Below are positions 25,057 through 39,739 of a stretch of 61,967 bases of DNA, one piece after another. Each line of letters opens with the position of its first letter. The stretch's first letter is position 1. Position numbers and translations under genes: made by a program. Under the pieces are notes generated by a model. It ran no database searches and was not told where the DNA came from. It saw only the letters and a list, made by a program, of their open reading frames with translations. This DNA comes from Paramecium tetraurelia (taxonomy: Eukaryota): positions 310,001 to 371,967 of the forward strand of contig CT868653.1 in the NCBI GenBank assembly GCA_000165425.1, in the 5' to 3' direction.

Positions 25057-27419
25057 TCAAATATTGCCAATGTATCCATCTGCATTAAGCAACTCATTGA
25101 ACATATGACTTCCTTAAGTGAATCTGGCGACTTGCTTCTTGTGCAATTCACAAGGACCATCCATCAATCGAAGTCCTCTGCATGCCTAAAAAGCAATTTA
25201 CAATATATAATCTGTAGTGATGGCTTGAGCTCCAAATAATTGAATGCATTCATCAGCAATGCATTAACATTTATATGGTACAAATGCTTTGGTTTCACTG
25301 ACAGTTTTAAGTGATTGCATGTGTCTTCCACCTAAAGAATCTAATACCATGGCAGCATTAAGAATCATAGTCTTACAAATTTAGTAATCGCATTCCATTC
25401 TTCCAATTTTCTCTTAGAATGCTGAGTCCTCTTTTTATTTTTTACCTCTGTGAACTCTTCTCTATCCTCTTTCCAATAGCACATCCATAGCTCTGCGCAC
25501 TAATCCTAACAATCTGACACTGTGATGTAATCTACCTCCCAAGAGTCTTCCTTGTGACATAGCAAAGGCAGTTCCTTCTTTACCTAACATGTTTTCTTTG
25601 GGAACATAAACATTATCGAATTCAACCTCAATAAGTCCATGAGGTGCTTCATCATAACCAAAAACAGCTAAGGGATGCTTGAGTTTAATGTTTGGATGAG
25701 GAGTATCAACTAAGAACATAGTTTATTCTGTGAAAGGTGATTTAGGGTTGACTGTTGTTTTGCCCATGACAATTCCAAACTTGCATCTTTCATCTTGAAT
25801 TCCTGAGACCATCCATTTACTACCTTTGATAACATATCCATCTCCTTGTTTTGTGATAATAGTCTCAAAGTTGGTTGGATCAGATGAAGCCACATTTCTT
25901 TCAGACATAGCAAAGAATGTTTTGCATTCTCCTTCCAAGAGTGGTTTGAGATACTTTTCTTTTTGATAATCAGTGGCAGCCATAATCAACAATTTGATGT
26001 TTCCAGTTTCTGGGGCATAGCAATTAAAGATTTCATGGCCAAAGAATGAAGTTCCCATCAATTCTGATAAGAATGTGTACTCCAAATTATTTAATCCCTT
26101 TCCATAGACTGGGTCTCCAATGAATAGATTCCATAATCCCATAGATTTAGCTCTTCTTTACAAATGCTCAATGCCTGGCAATCCCTTCCAATGATTGTCC
26201 TTGTTAAAAGAGTAGACAATATCAAATTGCGATTATTCCATTGGGAACACTTCGTCTCTTAAGAAATCCCTCACTCTATAATAGTAGCTCTTGCATCTTT
26301 GACTGACTGGATACTTAGCCCATAATAATTAATCGGTTTCAGCTCTCAATTTAATTTAGAATGGATCATCATTTGTTAATTCCAATACGATATTCCAAGC
26401 AGATCTAGAGATGATTTCTAATTCCTATTAGAAGACATTGCTTCTCTCAGGATCGACCTTGGTTTTGATACATTGTTATTTGAAGATGGCTTTTTGCAAC
26501 AAGACGATGATTGTATTGTAATTGAGATATTTGATTGTGTCTAATTTCCTGTCAATGCAATATTGATTAATGAGTTCTTATTTGCTTGGTAATCCCAAGA
26601 GATGATCAATCTTTTGTAATCCATAGTTGGTCACATTTTTCTCATATGGGATGTCATAATTAGATAGGAATCTAGCCAACTCCAAAAAGGGGTTTCCGAT
26701 TGTAACAGAATTCCATTGTTATACATTTATGAGTTTAATTTCTTATTAATCGAAAATAAAATTATTTAGTTCGACATTGCCTAAACAGAGAGATTCCTAG
26801 ATGGTCAATTCTGGGACATTCATTGGCAACCAATATAGCAAATCTTCAATATTTGTTTAAATTCTTGTTTCATGGGTTTTGTATTAGATTCTTGAACTTT
26901 CAATTATTGCCTAATAATTGAAAACACTTTGATTCTGGCTCAAATTGTGGACACGACATAAGAAGCTGACGATTTCCTTGAAAATAAGTCTTCTCTCATT
27001 GATAGCCAAACTTTGAATGTTCAATTAGTTGAATATTCTTCCATTTGTGTGTCCCTTGACATAGAATCCCGATCCTAGTAGCTTTGAATCTTCGCAAATA
27101 TGAATCACTTCCTATTAATGTTTCAATAATTCATTTTAAAGTCTCAAATCGTCGTGGATGGAGGCAATCTAGAAATAATTATAATAAAATTATGTTACTC
27201 CTAATTTCCCAAATATTGGTGATGATCTCAATGTCAATTATTTTTAAGGGTTACTAATGATATATTGATTTTATACTTGGATGACCCGATAAGAACTTCC
27301 CCAGTGGGTAAAAATGTTACATGTTCAGTTTTCACTAATTCATTTTATCTGTAATTCAAGATGCTTGATTGATTATTAAGATAAGAAATTAATTCAGGGG
27401 TTTGCACTTAGAGGCTCAT
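25057..27419 (-). CDS. Acyl-CoA dehydrogenase ACAD10/11-like (APH-like N-terminal domain plus ACAD)
   Basis: FNCYAPETGN, FAMSERNVASSDPTN, QGRLLGGRLHH, IQLFGA, RLMDGPCELH; N-terminal phosphotransferase-like domain. Confidence 0.9.
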
Positions 27420-27659
27420 TTATAAATTTTCTGGAGAAAAATTTTTAAAAACTTTGATAAGATTTTTAGAAATTTGAAGGCAGGCATATCATAATCATAA
27501 TACGTAATCGAGATTTATAATACTTAAATTAAAATATTAATAAAAACAATTATATTAAAAAAATAATAAGTGTTCTTATTTCTCTTCCTATCTTAACTAT
27601 TCATTATTATAAAGAAATTCATAATTATTTTCTTAATAATAATTATAATAATGAATTAA

Positions 27660-28457
27660 TCATTTAACTAACTCAATTCCATTCTTATCCAAAAGTCTCT
27701 CCAAGGAACTTTACATCGTTTCCATCACTGATACTCTTTCTATGTTCAATTGTAAAACTATGAAGAAAATTGCAAAACAATCATTTATCATCTCCCCACT
27801 ATACTCCAAAAAGTGGGCCATCCTCTCATTTTAACCATCAGTGGGTATCACTCCACCATATACAAATAATTTCAAAAAGGACATTATGAATGCTAAGATA
27901 ATTATGCAAGATTCATAAAATCTATATTTATACATTAACGATTCCTTATCTTATTAAAAGATAAACAGGAAATCAGTTAACGTAAGCAATAATTACACAC
28001 TATATTCAATCCAATGAGATGTTTCCTCAAAGAACTCAGGATCAAAAGTGAATAAAATTAATGCTACTAAAGTCCCTCCAATATTCACTATGATTAAATA
28101 GATCTTTATTGAATCCATTGTAACTATTCCTGTTAAGATTAAAACGCATCCTTCGCTTAAAGCAAAGAAAAAAGATCCGTAGAAATCCAACATATGGAAA
28201 GGTAAATAATAGTTTTCTTCAATTACATCCTAGGGGTGACAATTGGCCACTAACAATGCCAAGTTACAAAAAAAGTTAATCACAATCACTAAAGTAAAGA
28301 ATATGAGTATATTTTATTTGAATTTATGATCATTGTAAATATGAGTATAGATTAAGTTCTTATTCTAATCATTAAATATATGGCTTTTTGAAGAAGATAT
28401 CTATGATGTCCTTTCTGTAGGAGTTTAGATATCCAAAGAATCCAATTTTTGGTTCAT
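27660..28457 (-). CDS. Uncharacterised multi-pass membrane protein with repeated HxxEY helices
   Basis: Several hydrophobic helices; motifs FHMLDFYG, EETSHWIEYS, ERMAHFLEYS. Confidence 0.7.
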
Positions 28458-28477
28458 TTCTATTTCTTAAATTTTTA

Positions 28478-28523
28478 ATTAATGAATCACCATAAATTAT
28501 GATTTATTAATGAATCACCATAA
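28478..28523 (+). repeat. 18-bp direct repeat ATTAATGAATCACCATAA (two copies, 28-bp period)
   Basis: Exact copies at 28478-28495 and 28506-28523. Confidence 0.8.
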
Positions 28524-29364
28524 TTCAATATATTACTAATAATATTACCATTTAAATTTTATATATTTAATCACTTTTCCAAAAAAGTTATCCTAACTTA
28601 ACAAAACTATGGCTTTGTTAAAACTCAGTTCGTTCCTTTATTCTTAAGTCATACTCTTGATAATTTTTGAATTGAAATTTAAATTAATAATAGATAGAAA
28701 TAACTTAAACTATTTTACTAAATTGATGACTATTATAACTATTAAATAACATTAATTAAATTATTAAGATTCTATTTATAAGTCAGAGTTATTTCTTTGA
28801 ATATTTGAAAATACCTTCTATGTGGGGTTCCAGCAAATTGACAAATATTATTTTATACAGATTAAAGATGAATTACTTTGATTCTAAAAAGATTAATTTC
28901 AAAAACTCATTGAGGTAAAATAGATCATACTGATGCCCAATAATTAATTACAAAAATAAATTAACAGTTTATTTCACTATATGATTAAATAATAAATGGT
29001 AATCTAATTGAATTAAAATTATTAACTAAAATCTGAATGTATATAAACAATATTAAAATAAGCTAATGAACATTTTGAATTGTATCGAATTTCTATTTAT
29101 TCAGATTGAGAATATTCTTAAATTATTTACATTATATATAGGATTTATAATTATAATGAGCTAAACTATGTTAATTCTTTAAAAATCTTAGCATCTTCTT
29201 TGTAGAATTCTCAAGTTCAATTACTATTAACTATTAATAGGGAGGTGTATGATATGAATTTCGATTATTCATCAAAATATGACAGTCTTTTATTTTTGAT
29301 TCTATACAGAATATGAGTTCTAAAAGTTTCATATTACTAAAGTAATGATGTAATTAATTAATTC

Positions 29365-31347
29365 ATGATTTATTTGTTGCTTTGCATGGCCCTAGCTTTC
29401 GGGGCTGAAATAGATGTTAATACGTTTAGTAATTACATAGAAGTGAGCCAAGAGCAAGTCCATATTGAATGGCTACTTGATTTGGATGAGCAATACATAA
29501 ACGCTACAAGTTAATCAATTTTCAGGGTTACTACCAATAAATTAAAGAAAGTAATGAATTCTCTTTATGATTAAGATTGACTTGGATATATATCAATTAA
29601 GTATAATAGCTGTGTATTTGTCTTCTTCAGGAAATGTTTTATAACATGAAATAATTAAAAAAGGAGATCAATCCCTTTTGTAAGGAGATGTCCTCTCAAT
29701 ACAATTAGATAGAGTCTATACTAGAGGAGAATATATTAAATTAAACATAAAATATAATTTGGATTCAAAGGGAGCAAGAGCACTAGGATTTTTAACCAAA
29801 GAATAGACCTATAGCAAATCAGTTCCCTATCTATTTTCACAATGTGAAGATAATAATTGTAGGTCAATAATTCCTTTATAAGATACACCAAGTATCAAAG
29901 TGTTCTTTACAGCAACTGTTTTGGTGAAGGATCCTCGTATCAATGTATTTATGACAGGGAATAAATTGTATAATACGAAATTCAAATTGCTCAATAATTA
30001 TGAAAATTTGTAAGCTTTAACACTCTATCAATTTGAATTGGATATCAAGATTCCAGCATACTTGATTGGAATTATAGCAGGTGAAGTGGTTGAAAAATCT
30101 ACAGGAAATGGTACATATGTGATAGCAGAGCCTCATTTCATTGATGAATATGCTTAAGAGTTGTCTGATTTGCCAGTGTACATGAAGAAAATGTAAGAAT
30201 ATATTGGACCATACATTTGGGGAGATTATAAAATTGTGATTTTGCCAGCCTCATTCCCATTTGGAGGTATGGAACATCCTTTATTAACCTTCGCAAGTCC
30301 AACTATTATAGTAGGTGATAAGAGTGGAGTAGGTACTGCCATTCATGAAATTGCTCATTCTTGGGTTGGAAATACAGTTACAGGAAGAAATTGGGCAAAC
30401 TTTTGGATTAATGAAGGATTTTGTGTATTTTTAGAAAGAAAGATCTTATCGAGATTAAATGGATTGGATTCTGTTAAATTAGATGCAATTAATGGTAATT
30501 CTAGCGCATACACATCAATGCTAACATTTGGTTTAGATAACTCATTCTCTAGTATGCATCCAAATACTACAAACAGAAATCCTGATGAAGCAACTAGTCG
30601 TGTTCCATATGAGAAAGGTTATTAATTATTAACATATTTGGAAAGTTTAATTAAAGAAGATCCATTTTAATAATTCTTAAGGGATTACATTGAGAATTTC
30701 AAATTTTAGAGTATTGATGAAGATTAACTATATCAATTTTTATTGAGTTGGGTTAGGAAAAACAAATAAGAAGAAGCTTAAAAGATCGTGGAAGAAATTT
30801 AGAAAGTATGGAAAAAATGGGTTTATACACCAGGTCTAGCACCAATCACAATTGATGTATCAACTCCATTGTTCACTGATGCAAATAACTTAGCTAAAGC
30901 ATGGATTGATGGAAAAGGATAAGCTCCATAAAAGGCAAATGATTTTCAATAATACAAGCCAAATCAAAAGAGCGTGTTCCTCCAATATTTAATTGATAAC
31001 TATAAGGATGTTGAGGCTGCAGTGATGACTAAAATGGATGAATAATACAAACTCACCTTTTATAAGGATTAGAAGACTGTATATAAATGGTATAGACTTG
31101 TTTTATTGGTGAAATACGATCAAGCTCTTGAAGGAGTTCATGATTTCGTATCTAAGGTTGGAGTATCAAGTTACTTAAAAGTATTGTATGATTTGTTGGG
31201 TTAGAATTATAAGTAAATATCAATTTATATAAAAGTAAACAAGCATATGATTGGTTTGATGAGAACAAGTCCTTTTATCACCCAGTTGTGGTCTAAGCCA
31301 TTGAAAAGATATTATAAAAATACCCCAAGAAACTTATAATTGAGTGA
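29365..31347 (+). CDS. M1 family metallo-aminopeptidase (LTA4H/aminopeptidase B-like) with predicted signal peptide
   Basis: MIYLLLCMALAFGA leader; YLFSQCE, PLQDTPSIK, SFPFGGMEHP, HEIAHSW, WINEG, VPYEKG. Confidence 0.93.
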
Positions 31348-31758
31348 ATATATTTACAATAGTATTTCAGATTTAATTAAATTGCTTTATATATATATGA
31401 TTTCATATAATGCATAATTTGTTGAAAATATAATTAAGATTTACACATCATAATCAAAATGATTAAGCGATTAAGTGATTAACAAATGAAAACTAATCAT
31501 CAGTCTAGGTCCCTCTAAATGATTGATGAGGGTATAAGAAACAGATTGAATTAAGGAAATCTTAAAGTGCAAAATTATAATGACATCTTATATAGGATAG
31601 GTTATTAATCGATATTTAAAAAAGTAAATGACCAGAATTCGAAAGGAATCAGATGAATTCAAATTAAATCATTAAAAACGTCCAAAAAAATTATATAAAT
31701 TAGTGCAGTTAATTCGATGCTTAATATTTAAGTTATCATTATTATTTTTACTTAAATA

Positions 31759-32013
31759 ATGGGTTGTTCCATTTAGAAAATAGAAAAAGGAAGCTAAAGT
31801 CAATAGATAAAGCAACAATAAGTAGGAGGTTAGGAAACTTTAATACAATCCTAATCACCGAAAAATGAAAATTTAATTGGCGAAACTCCCTCTTAGATTA
31901 ATCTGAGAGCACAGAGACTGAAACACGTCAGAGACATAATATTGAGTGGATACTCCAATTCTCCAAAAAATATACATAGTAGAAAACAATCTACCCAAAA
32001 CTTGTGGGGTTGA
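31759..32013 (+). CDS. Small protein with MGCS acylation-like motif, 84 aa
   Basis: MGCSIQKIEKGSQ...NLWG*; open frame. Confidence 0.65.
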
Positions 32014-32448
32014 GTACAATAGAATTTGATTACTTAAATCTTCTTCATTTGTTTATTAATACTTATAATCACCATAGTAGTTTGTATTTTCACATCAGTT
32101 TATTCTTTTATTAATTATTATATTCACCATTTCTTCTATAAATAGAGTCAAAATAATGACATCATTTGATAATAATAATAAATCACTTCATCAATGGAGT
32201 AATAATATAAGTAATGAAGACACGAATATAAAATTCGGAAGTTCAATTTAATTTTGACGACAATTAAAGTGAAATTAAAATTCATATAATACAAATAAGC
32301 AACCCTCATTCAAATAAAGAAACTCGCATTCACAAATTTATAAGTATTCATATATTTTAATCTGGTTTTTATATTCTCTTTTTATTTGATCTCCAGAAAT
32401 ATAAGAAATGCCCTCTTTTTTTTTAAATATAAATTCATTTACTTAATT

Positions 32449-35010
32449 ATGTATAAAGGATATATAGAAAGGATGTTCAAAGAATTTTAAGTCCAGCCAA
32501 TTTATTTGCCTTTTGAATTCTAGTAGAACGGAGGCGAGGGCAACATCATTATGGATATGGATTTAGTCAGATAGGTAAGAATATGATTTTGAATAAAGTT
32601 AGACTAATTCATCAAGTAAAACATGAACTAAAATAACGAACATACAATCCAATAATTTATACGCATGTTTTCAGTTCAATTACTCTTACCTTTACATGTG
32701 GTTGATGAATTATTAAGCACCATTCAAGAAATACCAGACTAGTAATTTGATGAAGAAGTGATTGAATCATGTCAAAGACAATCCATCAATAGAATTAAAG
32801 AACAGACTCAATTAGAAGAGATGAAATTCATAACCTAATTGGAATTGTAGAGTGAATAAAAACATGAATAACAAATATTTATTGATGAAATGAAAGAAGC
32901 TAAATTGATTGTCCCTTTGGCAAATTTAAAATAATATCCATTGGGCAGAACCTCAATCACAATCAGAGCAAAACTATTTAATAAACCAATAATAGAAAGA
33001 GAACAATTATAAATCATTGGAGATTATTGTCTCTAATTCAGAGACGAAAGTGGAATGTGCTAAGTATTCTTCACCAAGAATCGAATAAAAGAGAAGTTTT
33101 AACTGTACTATGAGAATCTCTAAGTCTAAACTGTTTATGACATAAGCGAAATGGAAATACATCAATTTAAATAGACATATGAGATCAAAGTCACTTCAAA
33201 TACATAATTTAAATTATACACTAAAGTACCTGTCTTAGAACAATTGCCAAGTGCATTAAGTTACAATTTAAAGAATGGAGAGGAGATTATCGTTGCTGGC
33301 ATGGTTGCAGAAATAGGCGAATTGAGATAATAAAATAAGAAGTTAACTCTATACACTCTGCCTATTGATACCAACACGTAATACTATAAGATACCCTTAA
33401 TCTTATGGGACCAATATAAATTGATGAATTTTAAGGTAGGCGATGTTTATGTTTTTGAGGGTGTATTATTAAAAATATACACTGATGTAATTGAGTTAAA
33501 ATCATTGAGAACTAGGTTTAAAGTTTATACTGAAGGAGATGAGAAGTACCAGGATATTATAAAGCAAATCATAGATAAAAAACACAATTGGCTCTAAAAG
33601 GATAATGCAGAGATTCAAATTGAATAGGTAGTGCAATAGCCGGTTTTTTTGAGTGACATTCATTAGTCTATCAATTGTGCTTATTTCAATACAGTTGTTA
33701 AAATACTGAAGGATATGCCAGCAATATTTTAGATGAAAATATAAAAGTGTGTTAGACAATTAATAGTTACTAGCGATAATAATAATAGTCAAATAATTGA
33801 ATTGGTAGGGGATCGATTATGTTAAAAGATTTATCTTGCTGAGGAGGCTATCATCTTTATTAGTTATTTACAAATAATCAATAATAAAGTTGTGGCCAAT
33901 GAGCATAACACTTAAATCAGAGTGTTGCCAGATGATGACATTGATTTTGCTGAGCAAATCTCATTGTTAAAATAACCATTCTCTAAACCCTTATAGTTAT
34001 CACAAAATGAATTAGAACAAGATGTATTGATTAATGCATAGAAAAGGAGTTCAATCAAAATCAAAATTAACCAAAAACAGTCAGGGAATTAAAATTAATT
34101 ACAAATACCTTCTGACAGTCTTAAAAAAGGAATTGATAGAAATGAATTGATGAATGATATTGTATCCTTGTTGGAAGGCAAGACTCATAAGAGCAGATTC
34201 AATATATTGGTTCAGATAGACGAATTGTTTGAAGTCAGACATTAAAAGGGGAATGTCAAACTATAGGACCTCAGAATATCGGATGAATCAGATTCAGGAA
34301 AAATAACCTTATGGAATAATCAGATTTGCGATTATAAAATTGGACAAGCAATCAGGATAGATCAAGTCATTTATGATACGAGTAAGCAAGAATTCAAGAC
34401 TACATTTCAGAGCAAAGTGAATACTAATGTTCCTAATAAGAATCTACCTGGGAAACAGAGAAAATAGAATTAAAAGTAATTAGTGATTGATGGAGTTGAG
34501 TATCAGAATTTTACATACAATCAAGAACTTAAATTGATTACAGACATAATCAAATTATAATACAGTGTATCAGAAGAATTACCTTATTAATATTGCAGAG
34601 CAATGATATCAGAAATAATGATAGCCAGACTCTCTCAATAGTGTCCATAATGCACTTTTACTAAATTGGTGTAAAACAACGATGTTTATGAATGTTCTGG
34701 ATAGAATGGAATTAAACATATTGTTACACTCCCGAAGATATTTTGTTATCTGAAATGTAAACTAACAGACTTTACTGCATCTATTGAAGTTGTGTTTGGA
34801 GATGAGATCTGTTAGTAATACATCCCTCAAAATATTCTTAATGAATTATATAAAAATCAAATGTCAGTGGTACCATACTTTGATTGCTTGATGTACAAAG
34901 AGTTTACATTCAAATTGTGGTTATAAAAATAGAAGGATTAGAGCAAGAAGATTAAAATCATGAAACTATTCTAAACAAATTACTTAAAAATTATAGATTC
35001 ATATTTGTGA
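32449..35010 (+). CDS. RPA70-like multi-OB-fold ssDNA-binding protein
   Basis: About 845 aa; OB signatures LQFRDESG, IPLILWD, LRISDESDSGKITLWN; C-terminal CPQC..YEC..H Zn ribbon and LTDFTASIEVVFGDE as in RPA70 DBD-C. Confidence 0.75.
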
Positions 35011-35032
35011 AATCTATAAAAATTATCTAATA

Positions 35033-35450
35033 TCAATCATCATCATCATTTCTATTTTTTTTCAAGTTTAATTTAACCATAGCTTTGCCAACTGCTCCAA
35101 TCCAACCCTCCTTATCTTAATTATTGCTCGCTTAGAGGAAAAATGTTTAATCGGGAGTGTCAATTTTCTGAAATATATAGTTTGATCAATATTTACAAAT
35201 GTATTTTCCTTATTCGTTTCTTCTTAACAACTCTTGATTGTACTGACTGTTGACAACTAAATAATTTCTGTGGGATTCGAATATTGCTTTTCTACCTTAA
35301 ATGAATAGAGGGTTGTAGTTGTTAATACAAACCATCGCCTAAGATAGAGGTGGAATCATACCTTCTCCATGATTTAAACACTCTGGACTCCTTTTCCAAC
35401 CATCCTTCTTTCATTATGTTTTTTAGATCTTCTAACATCGGATTCTACAT
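35033..35450 (-). CDS. Stand-alone PH-domain protein
   Basis: KEGWLEKESRVFKSWRRRWFVL...FFLQASNNQDKEGWIGAVGKA; two introns. Confidence 0.9.
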
Positions 35451-35606
35451 GTTTGAATTATTTTTTATTTTAAATTATCATTTAGAAATTTTCAAAATAG
35501 TTTATAAATGCTCACTTCTTTTGAATGAGTTTAATACTAACTCTGATCATATCAATCGATCCAGAGAAATTAATGAAAAAAAGTAAAATAAAATAATTAA
35601 TTTGTG

Positions 35607-36195
35607 ATGTAAAAGACAATGTATTAAAATCTACACATAATAGCAATCCAATTGTGAAGTGGGCTTAAAGAAAAGACAACATATTCTTGACAGTCGAAGT
35701 CAGAGACCTAAAGGAAGAGAAAGTCGAATTGACATCAACATCCTTGAAATTTAGTGCTAATGCTGAAGGCGTGAATTATGCATTTGAAATCAATTTCTAT
35801 GCCGAAGTCGTCGTTGAAGTATCAAATTACATAACACCAAGGACAGTAAATGGACTAATTATGGAGTCAATGTAAGATTCATTTTGAGCAAAAAAGACTA
35901 ATCTGCCTCCTATTGGACTAGATTGATCAAAGAAACACATAAATTGTAGTACATCCAAGTATCCCAATCCCTCTAATTCTAATAGGTTGACTGGACCAAA
36001 TATATCGATGAAGATGATGAAGCTGAAGAAGGAGGAAAAGGATTGGATGATTGGAATGGCAATAATTTCTAAGGATTTGATGGATAGGGTTAGCCAGATG
36101 AGGATGATGAAGAAGAATAAGAATAAGAATAAGAATAAACATAAGAAGAATAATAAGAATAATAATAATAATAAGAAGAAGCATAAAATTAATGA
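35607..36195 (+). CDS. p23 (Sba1/PTGES3-like) HSP90 co-chaperone
   Basis: NPIVKWAQRKDNIFLTVEV, YWTRLIKE, VDWTKYIDEDDE, acidic/Gln-rich tail. Confidence 0.9.
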
Positions 36196-36235
36196 GTTAT
36201 TTATTAAGTAAATAGTAATCGTTTTTATTAATTTG

Positions 36236-37787
36236 ATGAATTAACTTATTTTGATAAGTGTATTAGCTATAACTCTAGTATAAGCTGATCTTCCTGTTCA
36301 TTGCCTAAGACATTAGATTGTAGGCAAATGGAAAATGGAAGTCTCCGATGTCTAATTGAGAGGCGTGGGTGCAGTCCCATGTGGACATCATGTTCCTGAC
36401 ACATAACATTCTTCATATAAGGCTGGATGGGAAGACTTTCGTGCTTCAGATTCATTTGAATTAACATTGGGAAATGATTATACAGTCACAGACAAAGACA
36501 GAAAACAAAGTGGATCATGGACTATGGTATATGATGAAGGATTTGAAGTTGAACACAATGGTGTTAAATATTTTGCATTTTCTAAATATGAACCAAATGG
36601 TGTTGATTATAAATCATTATGTGGAGAAACATTGATTGGTTGGTATAATAATTAAAAGACTGGTGAAAAGGGATGTTATAGAGCCAAGAAGGCTGATGGA
36701 AATGTTGATGCAACAGATTCTTATAAACTTATTAGTGTAGTCCAACCAGAGTTCATTTAAAAGAGTACAAGACATGGGGATAGAGTTAAATTGACAAAAG
36801 ACTTTACTAATCATAAAGAAGCTGTAGATAAATTGAACAGTATTCCAAAATTATGGAAGGCTAAAGCTTACGATCACTTTGAAGGTAAGAGTTTGTTGGA
36901 ATTGAATAAAATGGCTGGAAGGAGAAGACATTATCAAGGCAAAACTATAAAGAGAGCTTCATTTACTTAATTAAAATCTAATGATGTGTCAGATTTACCA
37001 AAAACATATACTTTAGAAAGATATTTAGATCCTCCCAGATAATAAAAGCAATGTGGATCATGCTATGCCATTTCAACTATGGAAATGCTATCAGCTAGAT
37101 TGAAAATGAAAGGAGAGAAGATCACACTATCACCTCAATATTCAGTGGATTGCAATTACTATAATTAAGGATGTGATGGTGGATATCCATTCTTGGTTGA
37201 GAAATTCGCATCTGAATAATATTTAGTGACAGAAGAACAATATCCATACAAGGGAGATGTGGGAACATGCAAGAAGATAGATTTCTCTTCCTCTTCTAAA
37301 GTGTACGGAGCTAAGAATTATAAATATATCGGAGGTGGCTATGGAATGAGTAATGAAAGAGACATCATGTTGGAATTGTTTAACAATGGTCCTGTTATTA
37401 TGAATTTTGAACCAGGATAAGACTTTATGTATTATTCAAGTGGCATCTATCATTCAGTTGCTTAACATGATTGGTCTAGTTCTGATCGTCCAGAATGGGT
37501 ATAGTAATATCACATATCCTTAGGAAAAAGTCGATCATTCTGTTTTGTGTTATGGTTGGGGAGAAGAGAATGGAGTCAAGTTTTGGTTACTTTAGAATAG
37601 TTGGGGAGAATAATGGGGAGAACAGGGAAATTTCAGGTAATTATTAAATTGAATTATAAATAGAATGAAGAGAGGTACTGACGAGTCTGCTATTGAGAGC
37701 ATGGCTGAGGCTGCAGATCCAGTGATATATTCTAAGTCATCAGGATAGTTTATTGAAATAAGCTAGACTAATTTAAGAAAGTAATGA
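36236..37787 (+). CDS. Cathepsin C / dipeptidyl peptidase I (papain family)
   Basis: Signal peptide, exclusion domain DLPVHC..WTMVYDEGFE, QCGSCYA, GCDGGYP, VDHSVLCYGWG, QNSWG. Confidence 0.93.
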
Positions 37788-37810
37788 CAAAATATATATA
37801 ATAAATTGAA

Positions 37811-38203
37811 TCATTTGTTTTTTTATTTTTTAAGGATTGAAAAGAGAATGATTTCATCTCCTACGTTTTCGGCTTTATATTTTATATCCAATCTTGGATT
37901 TATTTTTGATTGATCAATAGTCATAGTGCAATTGGATAACGTGTCCTTTATTTATACTACTTCTTCGTTTGGATCAAAAACACAAACTGTAATAAAATTG
38001 TCAAACTGAATTCCATATCCAGTTCCTTATTTAATTTAGCGTCCTTTTGCATCAAATCGATCTTCTCTCATTACTTTATATTTGATTTTCTTCTTCTGAA
38101 CTATTATTGTATCAAAATCTTCAGGTTCCTCAGGTATGTCTTCTGTGTCATCTACCTGGGCTCTACTAAGTATTAATTTTGGTCCCAAAGCAGAATTTCG
38201 CAT
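37811..38203 (-). CDS. Hypothetical protein, 130 aa
   Basis: Intronless ATG-to-TGA frame MRNSALGPKL...RFDAKGRQIKQG. Confidence 0.7.
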
Positions 38204-38208
38204 ATTTC

Positions 38209-39356
<1,148 letters not shown>

Positions 39357-39739
39357 ATAAATTATGAATATATTTTATTAAAAAAATTTAATTTAACCTT
39401 TGAAATCATACTCTAAGGAAGGAAAAGAAGTTAAGGTTCATCAAATGAGGTTGTATTCTTTATTATGTTTTCTGAAAATTAGTAATCCAATTTTTCAGTA
39501 GCTACTATATATGACATTATTTTTAAATTAATTTCTAAAAATAAGTGAATTTAATTGTGTTTTTAAATAAATTAATAGATATTATATATTTATTTATGAA
39601 GTAAATAAATAATATTCTTAGCATACCTTTTGTAAAGCTTGGTGTGTAATGACGATAATTGTGTATATTTATTACATATATAGTTGGAAGTTAGCTAATT
39701 AAAGTATTGCTTAGTTATAAATGAAGTCGAAGTATCATA

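Noticed and set aside
28530..29360. Long AT-rich gap as a retained IES or transposon
   Set aside because: No convincing terminal inverted repeats or transposase fragments; IES status needs a germline versus somatic comparison
36112..36190. GAATAA/AAT repeats as an independent repeat element
   Set aside because: They encode the Glu/Gln-rich tail of p23
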